Shown in pieces: positions 54,433 to 64,000 of a stretch of DNA of 64,000 nucleotides. Each line of letters opens with the position of its first letter. The first letter of the stretch is position 1. Source of the DNA: an uncultured Candidatus Saccharibacteria bacterium (GTDB lineage Bacteria; Patescibacteriota; Minisyncoccia; Phycocordibacterales; UBA2100). The stretch is from contig CAYTFU010000001.1 in the NCBI GenBank assembly GCA_964437185.1, positions 26,304 through 90,303 of the forward strand. Reading direction: 5' to 3'. The notes beneath the pieces were generated by a model. The model worked only from the letters and a program-made list of their open reading frames with translations, was not told the DNA's origin and did no database searches. Both the position numbers and the translations under genes were made by a program.

Positions 54433-55785
54433 ATGATGCCTCCTTCCCCTTCAGTGCGTCCACGCAATGCGCGACAGCGCGGCCAAGTGCTCGTCGTCGC
54501 GCTCGTCTTTTTTACACTCATTGTCGTCACAACGATCACCGGCGTGACCGCTCCCATCGTTCGAGAAATTCGCGCGGGCAAAGATCTCCATCTTTCGAAG
54601 CAAAGCTACTTTACGGCCGAGGCGGGAAGTGAGGATGCCTACTACCGCGTTCATACAAATCAGAGCATCTCATTCCCCACAACGCTCGTACTCAACAACG
54701 CGACCGCGACGACCGAACGCACTTTGCTTGATCCGCTGAATCAAGAAATTGTTACCGAGGGCAACGCACACGATATGATCCGCACAGTCGTGAAAAATGT
54801 GACGGTCACCAACGGCTTCGGTTTTGTCTTTGCCCTCCTCACCGGGATCGGCGGCATTTCTCTTAGCAACAACGCGTCGGTCCGCGGCGACGTGTACTCA
54901 AACGGCCCGATCATCGGCACCAACGCAAGCGCAAATTCCTACAACATTATCAAGGGAAGTGTCGTCTCAGCCGGGCCTTCGGGATTTGTCGAAAGAGTGC
55001 GGTCAACGAGTACCGCGTACTCGCACGTGATGAAAAACATCACGGTCGACAAAGATGCATACTATCAGCACTTTGCTGGCGCCACTTCGAGCGTCACCGT
55101 TACGGGCACCAAGTATCCCAACAGCGTTGATCTGCCGGTACTTCCGCTCCCCATTACCGACCCATTGATCGAGGAATGGGAAGCAGACGCTTCGACAGGC
55201 GGAACGGCAACGTGTGTGAATGGCGCGTACGCAATCACCGCGAGCGTGACGATCGGCCCGCGCAAAATTCCCTGCGACCTTTCGATCACCGGCAACGGCA
55301 CGGTCGTCACGCTCGCGGGCACACTGTGGGTGACGGGAAATATCACGATTGACGGATCCGGCGGAAGCGGCGTGCAGATCCGTGTCGCCGATTCTGTGGG
55401 CAACAAGAGCGTTCCCATTCTTGCGGATAACCCAGGGAGCAATGTCACGAGTGCGAAAATCACGATCAACGGAAATTCCAACTTTTACGGCTCGACGGGA
55501 AATGCCGGCTCCTACGTCATACTCGTCTCGCAAAACAGCAGCGCCGAAACGGGCGGGGCGGAACTTGCAATCGACGTCATCAATGGCGCGACGGGCAACG
55601 TACTCACCTACGCCGCGCACGGCAACATCAGGCTTCAAAACAACGTCTACCTCCGCCAGGTAACAGCACACAAAATCACGCTCATCAACAACGCTATCGT
55701 CGACTACTCAGTCGCGCTCTCGCAGACCATCCTCACGTACGGCGCCGGCGGCGCGTGGAAAGTGCAGAAGTGGAAAGAACGCTAG
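54433..55785 (+). CDS. large pilus-associated protein (PilX-like N-terminus, no E+5)
   Basis: MMPPSPSVRPRNARQRG|QVLVVALVFFTLIV, then a 420-aa Thr/Asn/Gly-rich beta-type domain. The four genes are tightly spaced (3-nt gaps). Confidence 0.5.
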   Translation: MMPPSPSVRPRNARQRGQVLVVALVFFTLIVVTTITGVTAPIVREIRAGKDLHLSKQSYFTAEAGSEDAYYRVHTNQSISFPTTLVLNNATATTERTLLDPLNQEIVTEGNAHDMIRTVVKNVTVTNGFGFVFALLTGIGGISLSNNASVRGDVYSNGPIIGTNASANSYNIIKGSVVSAGPSGFVERVRSTSTAYSHVMKNITVDKDAYYQHFAGATSSVTVTGTKYPNSVDLPVLPLPITDPLIEEWEADASTGGTATCVNGAYAITASVTIGPRKIPCDLSITGNGTVVTLAGTLWVTGNITIDGSGGSGVQIRVADSVGNKSVPILADNPGSNVTSAKITINGNSNFYGSTGNAGSYVILVSQNSSAETGGAELAIDVINGATGNVLTYAAHGNIRLQNNVYLRQVTAHKITLINNAIVDYSVALSQTILTYGAGGAWKVQKWKER

Positions 55786-55848
55786 CTCCTAGGCCCCGTT
55801 CATAAGTGGCTGCCACAAATAACGTACTCGTTATTTGTAGACGAGCCT

Positions 55849-57066
55849 TTAGATGTTTTCTGAGAGGCCATAGATCGGCGCGATCATGGCAACGGCGAAG
55901 AAACCTACGCCGCCGCCAATGAAGAGCATGAGGAAGGGTTCGATGATGGTTGACATGTCTTTTGTGCTTCGATCCACTTCGTCTTCATAAAAGGTCGCGA
56001 TGCGTTTCATCATTTCGCCCACATCTCCCGTCTCCTCGCCGACCGCCATCATCTCGCCTACAAATGGCGGGTACAAATCAGAGCGACGGATAAATGACGA
56101 CGAGAGCGGTTGTCCCGAAGCGACGGCGCGCGACGCGTCTTCGATAACTTCTCGAAAATAAGAATTTTGGACGACGTCCTTCACGATGTCGAGCGCGCTC
56201 ACCACATCGACCCCCGAGGAGAGGAGCGAGGAGAGCGTGCGTGCGGTGCGTGCAGCATTCACTTCTCGCACCATGTTGCCAATAACGGGAATATGCAAAA
56301 AGGCGAAATCGAGACCGCGCTTGCCCCACTTCGTATGCACCGCAGAATAGATGATCGCGAGAGAGCCGAATATGCTACCAAATGCGAGAATCGTATGCTG
56401 CGTGAGGAAATTGCTCACGCCGATAATAAATTGCGTTGTCGCCGGCAACTCTCCGCCCATCTCTGCAAACGTCGCGGCCAAGGTCGGCACCACCTGTGTC
56501 ATCATGAGGTATCCGATGCCCACCATCGCGACCATAATCACCGCTGGGTACACGAGCGCTCCGCGAATCTTTTTCTTCAACACGTAGATGCGCTCGGTCT
56601 GATCGGCAATGAGAAGGAGCGATTGCGAAAGTCCGCCGCTCTCTTCTCCGGCACGCACCATAGCGGTAAAGAGACGCGTAAACACGCGGGGATTTTTCGA
56701 AAGCGCGCTGAAGAGCGTGTCCCCTCTGCGCACGTCGCTCGCGACCTGCGAGAGCGTGATTGCCATCCGCGCATTTTTGGATTGCTTCTCCATGAGCGCA
56801 AGCGCTCGGGAAAGTGAGAGCCCTGCAGAGAGCATCGCGCCGAGATTGCGAGCAAAGAGAATCTTTTCGTACTCACTAATGTGCGAGAGAAGCGCGTTCC
56901 AATACGCGATGCTCCAGAAACTTCTATTTCCTACTTCGTGGAGAAACAGGAGATGTGCGCCTTCGCGCCGGATGACGTTGTACACCTCGAAACGATCCGA
57001 CGCTTCCGCTACGCCTTTATAGATTTCACCGTCGGCTTTTTCTGCCGTGTACGTATACCGCGTCAT
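55849..57066 (-). CDS. pilC: type IV pilus/T2SS platform protein PilC/GspF
   Basis: 405 aa with two GspF repeats (LSRALALME, LSSLLSSGVDVVSALDIV) and 3 TM segments. Confidence 0.8.
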   Translation of the reverse strand: MTRYTYTAEKADGEIYKGVAEASDRFEVYNVIRREGAHLLFLHEVGNRSFWSIAYWNALLSHISEYEKILFARNLGAMLSAGLSLSRALALMEKQSKNARMAITLSQVASDVRRGDTLFSALSKNPRVFTRLFTAMVRAGEESGGLSQSLLLIADQTERIYVLKKKIRGALVYPAVIMVAMVGIGYLMMTQVVPTLAATFAEMGGELPATTQFIIGVSNFLTQHTILAFGSIFGSLAIIYSAVHTKWGKRGLDFAFLHIPVIGNMVREVNAARTARTLSSLLSSGVDVVSALDIVKDVVQNSYFREVIEDASRAVASGQPLSSSFIRRSDLYPPFVGEMMAVGEETGDVGEMMKRIATFYEDEVDRSTKDMSTIIEPFLMLFIGGGVGFFAVAMIAPIYGLSENI

Positions 57067-57230
57067 TTATAAGAAGTATACCCCGTGCGATTCACCCAAT
57101 GTGGTTGTTATTCACTTTCTGCGACACACTCCTGCTCCTTTTATAACCTTCTCAGGCAGAACTTACCTCAGCAATCGTCGCATCGCCTGCCTTGCATCAA
57201 GTCGCTCTTTAGGACAATGTACAGTCTGAC

Positions 57231-57989
57231 TTGGTCTTAATGCTTCACATATCGGAGGGGGAACCCATGGGTAACGGGACACAATCGCAAGTACTGGCAA
57301 TCGGCTTGTTGCCAGACACGCTCATGGACTTGCGAGACAAAAACTGGGAATTTCGGTCAGAGACCCTGACTGCTCCGGACGAATTAAGTGCGTTTGTGGA
57401 ACACCATGAGTATCACTGCGTGGTCGTCGACACGGGCCGCTGCGGCTTCGATCTCCAGTACGCACTTCAAATATGCGGGCAGGCGGCCCTGCTCGCAACG
57501 CCAGTGCTCGCAATCCAGAGCCACTCATCCAAAAACGCAAGCAAATGCCACGTAGATTTCCTCAATGCCGGCGGCACCTACATGTTCAACGATCCGATTG
57601 ACGTTGACCTCGTGAGAGCCGCAATTGGGGCTATGATCAGAATGACGCGAAGGGCTCTTCCATCCGTTATCGAACACAGACGCGAGGGGTTCTCGCTGAA
57701 AATGGAGTTGGAATGTTGGAAATGCGTCATAAACGGTGAGGTCGTTTCGTTCACCAACACGGAATATCGACTTTTTGCACTCCTCGCGGCTAGCCCCGAG
57801 AAGACATTGTCGAGGGAGTTTCTCATGGAGCACCTATACTTCGGGAGGATTCAGCCGGGACCCAAAACTCTTGACGTCTTCAAGTACTATATTCGCAAAA
57901 AGCTGGAGCAGGCACCGGGGAACCGCTGCTCAATCGATGGGCGGCGTGGTCATGGATATACGTTCAAGCTACCCACGGCATCAGGATAA
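57231..57989 (+). CDS. OmpR/PhoB-type winged-helix transcriptional regulator with degenerate receiver-like N-domain
   Basis: The C-terminal FTNTEYRLFALLAASPEKTLSREFLMEHLY...LDVFKYYIRKKLE...RGHGYTF is a Trans_reg_C domain. The N-terminal 120 aa are receiver-sized but lack an obvious phospho-Asp pocket. Confidence 0.55.
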   Translation: MVLMLHISEGEPMGNGTQSQVLAIGLLPDTLMDLRDKNWEFRSETLTAPDELSAFVEHHEYHCVVVDTGRCGFDLQYALQICGQAALLATPVLAIQSHSSKNASKCHVDFLNAGGTYMFNDPIDVDLVRAAIGAMIRMTRRALPSVIEHRREGFSLKMELECWKCVINGEVVSFTNTEYRLFALLAASPEKTLSREFLMEHLYFGRIQPGPKTLDVFKYYIRKKLEQAPGNRCSIDGRRGHGYTFKLPTASG

Positions 57990-58083
57990 ACGCCGATGAT
58001 CGCTGCCACCGCCCAAAAGAGCCGGACCCACTGCTGTGGGCCGGCTCTTCGTCTTTTATCAAAAATGGCTGTACGGGGTTGCG

Positions 58084-59835
58084 CTACTCTGTAATCACAC
58101 GCAGCACTTCTTCTATTGTCGTCATACCCTGTGCGGCTTTAAACATTCCGTCTTCACTCATACTGAGCATCCCCTCTTTGCGCGCTTGCGCATCAATATC
58201 ATCTCCCGTTGCCCCTTTCATTACGAGCTCCTTGATTGTCGAGGCCATCGGAAGCACTTCGTAAATTCCCACACGACCGGAAAAACCACTCGCCGAAACC
58301 CCATTCTCCGTCGGTTTGTAAAACGGCACGTCTTTCCAGAGAGCATCCTGCGCAACGACTTTTTCTTCTTTCAGCGCCTTCAGTAGTACGGCCGGATTGA
58401 TCACGTGTTCGAGCGTTTCACGTTCTTCGCGCGAGAGTTCATATTTTTCTTTATCGCCATTGAGGCGACGCACGAGTCGTTGACCGATCACCACGCGCAA
58501 CGTCGAAACGAGAAGAAATGGTTCGACACCCATGTCGAGAAGGCGCGCGACCGCGCCCGCAGCGGAATTGGTGTGCAGTGTCGAGAGCACGAGGTGTCCG
58601 GTGAGCGCCGCGTTGATCGCGAGCGAAGCAGTTTCTTTGTCGCGAATCTCACCGACCATGATGATGTCCGGATCTTGACGCACGAGACTGCGAAGACCAT
58701 TGGCAAAGGTGAAACCAATATCGGGTCGCACCTGCGTCTGATTCACGCGCGACATCTGATACTCGATCGGATCTTCAATAGTAGAAATATTTACATCCGG
58801 CGTGTTTACGATGTCGAGGAGCGTATAGAGCGTGGTCGACTTTCCCGCGCCCGTCGGCCCCGTCGTGAGAATCATGCCCGTCGTCTGCCGCATCGCATCG
58901 TGCATGCGCTCAAGCCCCGTACCATGAAACCCGATAGATTCGAGCGTGAAGCCCGAGATGTTGTCGCGCAAGAGTCGCATCACGATCTTCTCTCCGTAAT
59001 AAATTGGCAAAATCGAAACACGGAATGAAATCTTTTCTCCCGAACTTTCGGCCGTGAAGCGGCCATCTTGCGGCAGCCGGTGCTCGTCGAGTTTCATGCT
59101 GGCCAAAACCTTGATGCGCGCCGTGATCGCGGCGGCGGCGTGTTTGGGAATCTCCATCGCATCGTGGAGAAGGCCATCGATGCGATAGCGGATAAGGAGT
59201 GTACTCTCCAGAGGTTCGATATGAATATCGGATGCGCCCTGTGCATTCGCGTGGCGGATGAGCGTATCTACGAGACGAACGGCCGACACGCCCTCAGCCA
59301 TCTGCTTCAAGTCCTCGTCCTTCACCTCCGCAGCAGAGGTCTTTTCGAGAGCGACAGTCTCGCGCCGAATCACGTCGCCCAAATTATCTTTGAGCTCTTT
59401 TTGGTACAGCTTCAGCGCCACCTTAATCGACGCGACATCGGTGAGGCGCGGCAAAATTTTCAGTTGTGTCTTTTTCTTGATGAAGTCGATCGCTGCCAAA
59501 TCGTCGGTATCGAGCATCGCCACTTCGAGATCCTGTCCGCGATGATTGTACGCGATAATGTTGTTGCGACGCGCGACTGGCTCCGGAATCATCGAGAGCG
59601 TCTCATACTTGATCACCGTATTTATGAGCGAGACGAAAGGGATGCCGAGGATGTACGCATAGGTACGGCGCAATTCGTCCTCGCCGATGACACTCTTCGC
59701 TTTCAATATATCGCCGACAGTCTTCCCTGCCTCGCGCGCTTCCGCTTCCGCAACATCAAAATCTTTTTGCGAAACAAGCCCCGCGTCGGCGAGAAATGAT
59801 TTGAGATGTGAATCACTTATATACATGCAGTACAA
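58084..59835 (-). CDS. pilB: type IV pilus assembly ATPase PilB/GspE
   Basis: Walker A GPTGAGKSTTLY, the Asp box, Walker B (IMVGEIRD), His box and an N-terminal GSPII-like domain. Confidence 0.9.
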   Translation of the reverse strand: MYCMYISDSHLKSFLADAGLVSQKDFDVAEAEAREAGKTVGDILKAKSVIGEDELRRTYAYILGIPFVSLINTVIKYETLSMIPEPVARRNNIIAYNHRGQDLEVAMLDTDDLAAIDFIKKKTQLKILPRLTDVASIKVALKLYQKELKDNLGDVIRRETVALEKTSAAEVKDEDLKQMAEGVSAVRLVDTLIRHANAQGASDIHIEPLESTLLIRYRIDGLLHDAMEIPKHAAAAITARIKVLASMKLDEHRLPQDGRFTAESSGEKISFRVSILPIYYGEKIVMRLLRDNISGFTLESIGFHGTGLERMHDAMRQTTGMILTTGPTGAGKSTTLYTLLDIVNTPDVNISTIEDPIEYQMSRVNQTQVRPDIGFTFANGLRSLVRQDPDIIMVGEIRDKETASLAINAALTGHLVLSTLHTNSAAGAVARLLDMGVEPFLLVSTLRVVIGQRLVRRLNGDKEKYELSREERETLEHVINPAVLLKALKEEKVVAQDALWKDVPFYKPTENGVSASGFSGRVGIYEVLPMASTIKELVMKGATGDDIDAQARKEGMLSMSEDGMFKAAQGMTTIEEVLRVITE

Positions 59836-59903
59836 ATTATATCACCGCTGTACTTCAAAATTTTCGTATGTTACAAAGGGTGCGGAAAACAGCGGAGGAA
59901 TCC

Positions 59904-60341
59904 ATGCGAGAGATAACATCCGCGGAGGTCACGCATCTCATGCGGTACGCCTATGTACTGATAAAACCGCCCGAGCGATGGGCACAGGGGTTTCTTGCGT
60001 ACGACCGGTTTGGACGGCACGTGCTGCCAAACTCGCCCGTCGCGTTAAAATTTAGCGTGCGTGGCTCCATCAACTACGCGCTCTCGAGATGCGGATGGAG
60101 AGGTATGCCTGGAGACCCCGAAGAAGGGATGGTCGTGCGGCACCTGCTCACGGCGGGCAATCCCGATATGCCACGATCTTTTCTCGACATTGTGTGGGGT
60201 GGCAGTTCAGCCCAGCTGTGCGCACTGTTTGATACGTACAACGACAAACACACGCACCCCGTCATCTGCGCGTGGATGAAGGCCGCGGTCGAGAGGCGAC
60301 GAAGCTTCGAACAACCTCTCCCCATGCGAGGCGCCCGGTAA
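59904..60341 (+). CDS. hypothetical protein
   Basis: ORF track 59808..60341; start MREITSAE chosen. No motif recognised. Confidence 0.3.
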   Translation: MREITSAEVTHLMRYAYVLIKPPERWAQGFLAYDRFGRHVLPNSPVALKFSVRGSINYALSRCGWRGMPGDPEEGMVVRHLLTAGNPDMPRSFLDIVWGGSSAQLCALFDTYNDKHTHPVICAWMKAAVERRRSFEQPLPMRGAR

Positions 60342-60426
60342 CTCCCGGGCGCCATTTTTTTATCGATACGTAGTTTCGCCCTGCTTCCCTTCATCAGCTG
60401 ACACATAATGCACATATGCAAGTTAA

Positions 60427-63336
60427 TCACATTCCCGGACTATAGGTCGTGACCACGTTGGCCAAAAACGATCCGTATGCCTCCGGAGTAATAGCGTCCA
60501 CTTTCAATTTCGCCTCTTCAAGCGCCGCAAAAGCCGCTTCCTTATCGTCCGCAGCAGTATAGTTGTATCCAGCCCCCACGTACGCCACTACCGCATCAAG
60601 CATAACTTTATTCCGACCAAAATTTTCCTGAAATAATTTCGTCCGGTCGCTCGTAAATGTATCGTCGAGTAGTTCACGCATGCCCGGAACCGTGAGCGTT
60701 GCAAACTTCTGTTTCTTCTCTGGATCAAGGTCAGCAAAATTAACCCCTTCAGGACTCTCCTGTCGCCACATTTCCTCCTGTATTAGAGGGCGTAGGCGAA
60801 CGAGTTTTTTCCACTCTTCCTCGAGCCAATCTGCATCATCTCCCATGCCGTGAGCACGTAACATTCCAAATATGTCGTCCGCTATCGTGCCATATATCTT
60901 CATGTGCCGTAGGAGCTCCTTTGCATCAATCTGTTGATTACCCATCACGTCGTTCAACGTACCTGCCTGTGCCGCCGATTCAAGCATGCTTCCCTTTCCG
61001 ACTAGATACAGTGGAAAAAGGAAGTTGCTTGTTGAATTTGCCGAAATTGCCCGCACGTTCACGTAGGGCTTACGCAAATCTGCAAATAATTTTTCCAGCG
61101 CCGGCGTCTCACGAGCATTCGCACGATCGCGCAGCTGCGGCGCGCCCATATGACCCGCAAAGAATTCGAGAAGCCCGCCAAACTTCGTTTTCGTATTGCC
61201 CTCCCCTTTCTTTCCAAACATCGTCTGATAAAAAGCTTGCTCGTTCTGAGCCGCCGCTTTGAGGGCCTCCGGCACAAGTGGTAATCCTCCCTCTTTCAGA
61301 GCTTGCACATTTCTATCGTGCTGCTCCACAGCCTCTTGCCGCATTCGCCGAAGACGCTCGGTATTAATACCGACAAGGGTTAGTTCCTTTGAACGACTCT
61401 GATTAGTGAAAGAATTTACCCATTTCAGTACGCGCAGTAAGCGGTTGAATCCTCGCGGATTTCGTAGCAACTTCTTCTGCCAGTCATCGCCAACTGCTTC
61501 CTGCAAGAATGCTCTAGCTTCCTCCACCGCTTTATTTTCCGCTTCGCGCTGCGCCTCCCAGTCCTTGCCCCACAACGCTTCCGCTTCCACGTCGCTGAGA
61601 GGTCGGTGATCAAGGACTCTCCCTCTGATCATCGGCAAATAGCCTTCAGGATCCCAGAGACCACCCTGCCGAAATGCTGCCTCGCCGGTACCCCACTTCA
61701 CCCGCACGTTGGTCGTATATTTTTTATTAAATTCATGCACCGCGATGGCGGTTTCCCATGTTCGCACGAGCGCTGATGTCTGCCCCACCTCTCTCGAAAG
61801 GTCCGATCCCGCTATGAATACTTCGTTGATATGTTTTTCAAACTCTTTTTGGCCGTCCCCGCCCTTGTACTTAGAAAAATAATCCCACATTTTCTCCAGG
61901 TACCCCGTGATTTTATCTGGATCCACCGTTTCCTCCGACTCAAAGAGAGGAACAAAAGAGATCTCCGCAGCGTAGTTGAACTGTTCCTCGACAGCGGTCG
62001 ATTCCGATTTCTCGCGCCGCAAGTCATCAAGTTCTGCTATGAGTGTACTGACGTCTTTTGGACCGTCCGCCATCGCAATCATGACCTGGGGTATGACCAC
62101 TTCGGTAGGACCGACGACAGTCTTGTCATTATCCAACCCCCGATTTTCTTGCGCAAGTTGATTGATTTCCAGGACCTGATTGAGAATATTTTTTAGCAAA
62201 GAGTACTGCGCCTCGTCGAAGGCTTTCAATTTATCGTGAGGTTGTTTTTGTTTATTGAACCGAGCAGCTATAGCAGCTTCGATGGTCTTGTGGTCAAGGC
62301 GCGGGATAAACTTCACCCTATCCGACAGATACTTCACATGCTCCCTACCCTTCGCGCTGTTTTTTGATTTGATCTCGTTCTTCCAACGTACGAGCTGGCT
62401 GAGTTGCCCGTATCTCTCTTTTTTCAGTAGGTGGAGTGTCCTCTCGAGCTCAATTACCACCTCGGGTGGTAAGCCCGTTGGATCTTGCAGTCGTGAAGAA
62501 ACCGTATGGTTTAGTGAGGCATTACGCCGGAATTTAGAATATAAATCACCAACTCCGTTGAACTGGTCGATCGTCAACCCAGCAGCATCAGCACTAAACT
62601 TGATGTCTTCATAAACGAGCGCCGCATACTTGGAGTATGTGTGACCGGCGGCCCTCTTCGCCCCGTCGAAATCTATCCACACATAATGTTCTTCGGCTAC
62701 ACCTCCAAGGAGGATAGTCTTTGCCTCCAGCACCGTCTCATCGCTCTCATCAAACTCTCCTGTCGGTTCGGGGAGACCGATCGCATACTTATCGATAATA
62801 TCCTCGATGTCCTTGTCCGATACCTCCTGTGCGTCGCCCACTAACTTCCCCTTTGCGACTAACAATGCGGTGATATCACCCACAATGTCTACCTGAAGTT
62901 TTTCAATGTCTAATTGCTTGAGATTCGCATTTGACGAGATTGCAGCGTCCGAGAGATCTGCCATAAGATGGCCCGTCCTGTTGATGAGGCGTTGAGTTCT
63001 TTCCTTCGCTAGCGCATCAATCCGTGCTGGATCCGTCGGTAAATTTCCCACAGCACGCATCTTTAAGAGATCCCCGACCTCTCTCATGAGCTCTCTATAA
63101 TAGAGTGGAGGTAGGTTTTGAGAGGGGTGATATGTCGATTCCGTTATTCGATCCCAAAAATTGTTCCGGTCTTGCGGTGAATCTTGCGCACTACTCTGGT
63201 CAGAAGTCTCAGTAGAATCGGTTAGTTGTGTTATGTAACGAAACAGAGTTCTGTGTATTTCACGGAAAATCACCGGATCAACGCGAGTCATTGGCTCGAT
63301 TCGTTCACTCCTCCTCCGATCAAGGGCCTCACTCAT
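60427..63336 (-). CDS. large (969 aa) cytoplasmic protein of unknown function; weak motif-level resemblance to phosphoenolpyruvate carboxylase
   Basis: No TM or signal peptide. Some segments are reminiscent of PEPC: TYHPSQ (TAHPTE), AGSDLSREVG (GYSDSGKDAG), VRAISANSTSNFLFPLYLVGKG ([24 protein letters not shown]). However the C-terminal spacing is wrong and the GRGG loop is not conserved. Confidence 0.3.
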   Translation of the reverse strand: MSEALDRRRSERIEPMTRVDPVIFREIHRTLFRYITQLTDSTETSDQSSAQDSPQDRNNFWDRITESTYHPSQNLPPLYYRELMREVGDLLKMRAVGNLPTDPARIDALAKERTQRLINRTGHLMADLSDAAISSNANLKQLDIEKLQVDIVGDITALLVAKGKLVGDAQEVSDKDIEDIIDKYAIGLPEPTGEFDESDETVLEAKTILLGGVAEEHYVWIDFDGAKRAAGHTYSKYAALVYEDIKFSADAAGLTIDQFNGVGDLYSKFRRNASLNHTVSSRLQDPTGLPPEVVIELERTLHLLKKERYGQLSQLVRWKNEIKSKNSAKGREHVKYLSDRVKFIPRLDHKTIEAAIAARFNKQKQPHDKLKAFDEAQYSLLKNILNQVLEINQLAQENRGLDNDKTVVGPTEVVIPQVMIAMADGPKDVSTLIAELDDLRREKSESTAVEEQFNYAAEISFVPLFESEETVDPDKITGYLEKMWDYFSKYKGGDGQKEFEKHINEVFIAGSDLSREVGQTSALVRTWETAIAVHEFNKKYTTNVRVKWGTGEAAFRQGGLWDPEGYLPMIRGRVLDHRPLSDVEAEALWGKDWEAQREAENKAVEEARAFLQEAVGDDWQKKLLRNPRGFNRLLRVLKWVNSFTNQSRSKELTLVGINTERLRRMRQEAVEQHDRNVQALKEGGLPLVPEALKAAAQNEQAFYQTMFGKKGEGNTKTKFGGLLEFFAGHMGAPQLRDRANARETPALEKLFADLRKPYVNVRAISANSTSNFLFPLYLVGKGSMLESAAQAGTLNDVMGNQQIDAKELLRHMKIYGTIADDIFGMLRAHGMGDDADWLEEEWKKLVRLRPLIQEEMWRQESPEGVNFADLDPEKKQKFATLTVPGMRELLDDTFTSDRTKLFQENFGRNKVMLDAVVAYVGAGYNYTAADDKEAAFAALEEAKLKVDAITPEAYGSFLANVVTTYSPGM

Positions 63337-63410
63337 CCTAGGAGTTTACAACAAACCGAGATGCAGTGCTTGCGAGTCGTTATGTATATACTGTGCGGCA
63401 GCCACTTTTC

Positions 63411-63438
63411 TTGACACCGTCATTCATTCATATATACT
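63411..63438 (+). promoter_or_regulatory. sigma70-like promoter upstream of nusA (TTGACA, 16-nt spacer, TATACT)
   Basis: ttgaca at 63411-63416 and tatact at 63433-63438, about 150 nt upstream of the nusA ATG. Confidence 0.5.
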
Positions 63439-63591
63439 GCGTCTATTCGTTCCGCCTCTGGCGGGACTTTTGTTAAAAAATGCTTATGAGCGAAGCGAAT
63501 TAGCAGCTTTTTAACCCCCCGATTGGCCCAAAGGGCCTTTCGAAGGGGGTCAAGGCACGCCAAATCGCGACAAAATTAACCAAACTATCGT

Positions 63592-64000
63592 ATGGCTCTA
63601 TTCGACCTCAAATCACTCAATTCCGCTCTCGACGAGCTCCAGCAGGAGCGCGGTATTTCGCGCGAAAGCGTCACAGAAGCGCTTTCGACTGCGCTTGCTG
63701 CCGCATACCGCCGTGAGTACGGAAAGCGCGGGCAGATCATTCGCGCGACGTTTAATCCAGCTACAGGCGACATGGAATTCCGCCAGGCGAAAATCGTGGT
63801 GGATAAATCTTTGGTACGAACAGCCGACGAGGCCGATGACCTGCCCTCCGAAGCCTCGGCGAAGGAGGGTGACCATCGATCACGCTTCAATCCCGAACAG
63901 CACATCATGATTGAAGATGCGCGCCGCATTAAGCGCGACGCAGCACTCGATGAAGAAATCTCCTTCCCTCTTGAACCACAAGACGATTTCGGCCGTATCG
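63592..64000 (+). CDS. nusA: transcription termination/antitermination factor NusA, N-terminal part (runs off window)
   Basis: Translating from the ATG at 63592 gives MALFDLKSLNSALDELQQERGISRESVTEALSTALAAAYRREYGKRGQIIRATFNPATGDMEFRQAKIVV, which matches the NusA N-terminal domain (LP.E.I.EALE.AL..AY.K). It is absent from the ORF track because there is no stop codon in the window. Confidence 0.75.
   Translation, partial: MALFDLKSLNSALDELQQERGISRESVTEALSTALAAAYRREYGKRGQIIRATFNPATGDMEFRQAKIVVDKSLVRTADEADDLPSEASAKEGDHRSRFNPEQHIMIEDARRIKRDAALDEEISFPLEPQDDFGRI

Overview
This window holds a bacterial ribosomal-protein supercluster and str operon (rpsQ to rplC, rpsJ, tuf, fusA, rpsG, rpsL), all on the minus strand, but broken into four blocks by accessory DNA. 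An island of about 14 kb sits between rplC and rpsJ, about 4 kb between rpsJ and tuf, about 6.4 kb between tuf and fusA, and about 1.3 kb between fusA and rpsG. The islands carry:
- a YcaO cyclodehydratase and SagB-type dehydrogenase pair, followed by an unusual phosphoribosyltransferase/PQQ beta-propeller fusion, and two paralogous polytopic membrane proteins that flank rpsJ;
- two giant paralogous vWA/CARDB-like surface proteins whose 5' 1.4 kb form long direct repeats bracketing rpsJ and tuf;
- two toxin-antitoxin pairs (dinJ with a frameshifted yafQ, and hicBA), CapA, GNAT and DUF924 genes.

Downstream of rpsL are an IS element bounded by inverted repeats, an M50 protease, rpmB with a duplicated start, a split ComEC, SOD, mscL, rnhA, recJ, pgk/tpiA, a type IV pilus module (pseudopilins, pilC, pilB and an OmpR-like regulator), a 969-aa unknown protein and the nusA 5' end. 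Footprints of rearrangement include a diverged duplicate of the fusA 3' end and a duplicated rpmB start. No rRNA, tRNA or CRISPR was seen. The lineage call (reduced-genome, possibly Patescibacteria-like) is inference only, based on extended r-proteins, apparently leaderless starts, type IV pilus plus ComEC genes and little metabolism.
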